DNA of 64,000 nucleotides from Vulcanimicrobiota bacterium (lineage in GTDB: Bacteria > Vulcanimicrobiota > Vulcanimicrobiia > Vulcanimicrobiales > Vulcanimicrobiaceae), in NCBI GenBank assembly GCA_963695225.1, contig OY968762.1:1-64000 (forward strand), given 5' to 3'. The notes under the pieces are model-generated. The model saw nothing but the letters and a program-made list of their open reading frames with translations. It had not been told where the DNA came from and did not search any database. Both the position numbers and the translations under genes were made by a program. This document shows positions 61,591-64,000 of the stretch, piece by piece. The stretch's first letter is position 1; each line of letters opens with the position of its first letter.

Positions 61591-61932
61591 ATGCAAGCTA
61601 CTCAAACCGTTCCTCAGTTCGGAGCCCGCAAGAGCGAACCGTCGTTGGCTCCGTTTTTCGGTCTTGTAGGGATCGTCACGCTCGCGATCCTCGTAATGAT
61701 GTTCATCGCGATGCAACGCCACCTCGTCTCCGATCAGCCGGCGCAGACCAGCTCGCTCGCGAGCTATCTGGAAACGAGCGATCCGGCGGCATACCAGCTG
61801 CTGCTCACGCACCCTGGCCGCGGCGGGACGATGCAGTGCCAATTCGCCGGCGCCAACCCCATGTACGCCGTTAAGTCCAACACCGCGGTTGACTCGGATC
61901 AGTTGGTTTGCGTTCAGCCCTCGGCGCTCTGA
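61591..61932 (+). CDS. Small single-TM protein with two Cys in the C-terminal part
   Basis: GGAG RBS; paralogous to 61019-61225. Confidence 0.6.
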   Translation: MQATQTVPQFGARKSEPSLAPFFGLVGIVTLAILVMMFIAMQRHLVSDQPAQTSSLASYLETSDPAAYQLLLTHPGRGGTMQCQFAGANPMYAVKSNTAVDSDQLVCVQPSAL

Positions 61933-61940
61933 GGATAGTT

Positions 61941-62642
61941 ATGTTGCGGACGGCGCCGTTCACGCGAGGGCGCGCGCCGTTCGGAGCAGCCTCGCACGCG
62001 AAGCCGCGGAGCCGATTTTCGATCGCGGTCGGTCGCGCTCTCGCAGGCGCGGCGATCGCTTGCTTTCTATTTGGAAATGAGACTATGGCAGCGGAAGAGC
62101 CGTCATTCAAGACCATCGTGCATGAGGGCGCGTTCGAGGTTCGCGATTATCCTTCGCTCGTCGTCGCCGAGGTTACCGTCGGCGGTAATCGCTGGCAGGC
62201 TGCGAGTGCCGGCTTCCGCCTGCTCGCAGGCTATATCTTCGGCGGCAACAGACAACGCCGGAGTATTGCCATGACGGTGCCCGTCGAGCAAGTGCCCGCC
62301 GGTGAGAAGATCGCGATGACGGCTCCGGTCACTCAGGCTCCAAGCGGCGATGGCTGGATCGTTCGGTTCATCATGCCGAGGGAGTATACGCTGGAGACGC
62401 TACCCGAACCGGATGATCCACGCGTGCATTTGAGGGAGCTCCCGGCGGCGCGCTTGGCCGTCCTCAGATTCTCGGGGCTCGCGCGCGAACGGGCCGTCGA
62501 GGCGAAGACCTCGGAACTCGAAGCACTTGTTGCGGCGCATCACCTGCGTGCTCTCGGGAGCGCGTCGCTCGCTCAATACGATCCGCCCTGGACGCTTTGG
62601 TTCATGCGGCGGAACGAGGCGATGATTTCCGTCGCGCACTGA
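61941..62642 (+). CDS. SOUL heme-binding protein
   Basis: FEVRDYP, GFRLLAGYIFGGN, KIAMTAPV, YDPPWT..FMRRNE. Confidence 0.92.
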   Translation: MLRTAPFTRGRAPFGAASHAKPRSRFSIAVGRALAGAAIACFLFGNETMAAEEPSFKTIVHEGAFEVRDYPSLVVAEVTVGGNRWQAASAGFRLLAGYIFGGNRQRRSIAMTVPVEQVPAGEKIAMTAPVTQAPSGDGWIVRFIMPREYTLETLPEPDDPRVHLRELPAARLAVLRFSGLARERAVEAKTSELEALVAAHHLRALGSASLAQYDPPWTLWFMRRNEAMISVAH

Positions 62643-62668
62643 GAGCGCAGCTCGAATCTGTCGACCGA

Positions 62669-63064
62669 TCAGCTCGTTTGCGGGCTCGTGCAGTATTTGC
62701 ACCTTTTCGCGGCGAGCGGAATCTCGCTCGCGCACTCCGGGCAGATCTTCGTATCGGGGACGGCGGCAACGGGCTTGGGCTTGAGGCGTTCCATCGGCGC
62801 GACGACGGCGAAGTAGACGACCATCGCGACGATCAGGAACGATATCAGCGCGTTGATGAAATTCCCGATCGGGAAATGCGTTCCGTTCAAATCGAAGCCG
62901 ACGGTGGAGAAGTCGGGTTTTCCTATGAGTGCGGCGATGAACGGCGTGAGCACGTCCTTGACGGCGGACGCGACGACCGCGCTGAACGCAGCCCCGATGA
63001 CGACGGCGACCGCCAGATCGGCGACGTTGCCGCGCATGATGAAGTCCCGAAAACCTTTGAGCAC
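62669..63064 (-). CDS. mscL: Large-conductance mechanosensitive channel with C-terminal zinc ribbon
   Basis: FRDFIMRGNVADLAVAVVIGAAF; GNFINALISFLI; CPEC..CKYC. Confidence 0.93.
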   Translation of the reverse strand: MLKGFRDFIMRGNVADLAVAVVIGAAFSAVVASAVKDVLTPFIAALIGKPDFSTVGFDLNGTHFPIGNFINALISFLIVAMVVYFAVVAPMERLKPKPVAAVPDTKICPECASEIPLAAKRCKYCTSPQTS

Positions 63065-63156
63065 CGAGGCCTCCCTTTCTTTCTCGAGGATTTGAACCGG
63101 CCACGTTTATCGCAAGTTGCATGCCTTCGGAGAACGCGAATGCCTCGACGATCCCC

Positions 63157-63567
63157 TCACCGGCCGGCGCCGATGCGGTACGCGAGCCAGGCGGCCGCGG
63201 CGAACGAGATCGCGCCGCCGATCTTCACGCCCGCATCCGTCGCGGAGGCGTGATCGCCGGACCACGGCAAGGCGGAGATTGCCGTCAACAGCAGGGCGAG
63301 CCAGACGGATCCGACGGCGTAGAACGCGATCCAGAAGCCCGGCGGCTTCACCCACTTCTTGCGCTTCGCGCGGACCTCGTAGATCGTCCGGAAGAGCGGC
63401 CACGACTCGGCGGCGGCGAGGAAGGCCGGGATGCCGAGCCACCCTGCGGCCGAACGATGCCCGACGAGCATCCACCAGACGAGCCAGACGCCGAACCCGG
63501 CGGCCAAGCGCAGGTACGGCGGCGCTGCGCGGGGCTTGGGCGGATGCGGGCTCGTCCGTTTGGCCAT
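63157..63567 (-). CDS. Hypothetical membrane protein
   Basis: About four hydrophobic helices; AAGGA RBS. Confidence 0.55.
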   Translation of the reverse strand: MAKRTSPHPPKPRAAPPYLRLAAGFGVWLVWWMLVGHRSAAGWLGIPAFLAAAESWPLFRTIYEVRAKRKKWVKPPGFWIAFYAVGSVWLALLLTAISALPWSGDHASATDAGVKIGGAISFAAAAWLAYRIGAGR

Positions 63568-63662
63568 GCGCGTTCCTTCATGTCGCAGGGTCGTCAATCT
63601 TTGGAACCGGCGAACGGCCTTGCCAGCGGAACGGGCGGCGCCGTCGCGAAATGCCGACGAGA

Positions 63663-64000
63663 ATGAATTACTTCGGATTCGCCCGGAGTGCGGCCGCCTT
63701 TGCGGGTGCGGCGCTCCTGTGTTGTTCTGCGGCGCCGGCTCCGGCGGTAAGCTCCGCGGGTCCCGCCGCCTCGCTGCTCGCCTTCGATTGGACGCCGACG
63801 CCGCAGCAGATCGCGACCTCGTGTTCGGCGTCCATCGCCCGGGTCAAGCGACGCGCCGGTGCGATCTCGCGGGTCCCGAACGGGCATCGAACGTTCGATT
63901 CGGTCGTCCTCGCGCTCGAAAACGCGACCGCTGACTTCAGCGACGAACTGACGGCGCAGGCGTTCCTGTTCAACGTGGCGCCCAGCGCCCAGGTGCGCGC
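63663..64000 (+). CDS. Exported protein, probably the N-terminus of an M3-family oligopeptidase (runs off window; missing from the ORF track)
   Basis: Open frame from ATG 63663: signal peptide then RTFDSVVLALEN...FLFNVAPSAQVR. Confidence 0.65.
   Translation, partial: MNYFGFARSAAAFAGAALLCCSAAPAPAVSSAGPAASLLAFDWTPTPQQIATSCSASIARVKRRAGAISRVPNGHRTFDSVVLALENATADFSDELTAQAFLFNVAPSAQVR

Noticed and set aside
63668..63973. 101-aa minus-strand ORF
   Set aside because: Opposite strand carries a more convincing gene with a signal peptide from 63663

Overview
High-GC bacterial window with two parts. Bases 1-38.5 kb are accessory DNA: an integrative conjugative element (ICE) entering from the left edge, plus an older degraded island. 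The ICE has a Trb/VirB-like T4SS (VirB4, VirB5-like, VirB6, VirD4, VirB11), a candidate replication initiator carrying periodic palindromes, receiver-less OmpR-type winged-helix regulators and a captured actinobacterial-type fragment. Its defence cargo is a Bub/Bil-like ubiquitination operon coupled to a sigma-like/unknown/ImmA triad, a GmrSD-like protein, and an m5C R-M pair with a mismatch glycosylase. It ends in a tyrosine integrase and a tRNA-3'-end att site at about 30.03 kb. The 8.5-kb relic island that follows (HNH, nuclease-STAND, PIN TA pair, NYN) ends in a 94%-identical copy of the same integrase-tail/att segment at 38.52 kb. Bases 38.6-64 kb are mostly ordinary chromosome (etfBA, ECF/anti-sigma/RseB-like, NRAMP, ahcY-metK, hmgA, aldehyde dehydrogenase, tRNA-Asn with a small XRE/Fic islet, mscL). 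The best novelty candidates are: (1) a shared ~90-aa C-terminal domain with an Arg-rich tail, fused to two different cargo domains inside the T4SS region, with untagged paralogs elsewhere in the ICE (a possible conjugative protein-export tag); (2) the 7-gene ubiquitin-like + sigma/anti-sigma/ImmA operon; (3) an NYN RNase with an ATT start behind a small terminated hairpin RNA. All homology calls come from motif recognition and manual alignment; no database searches were run.
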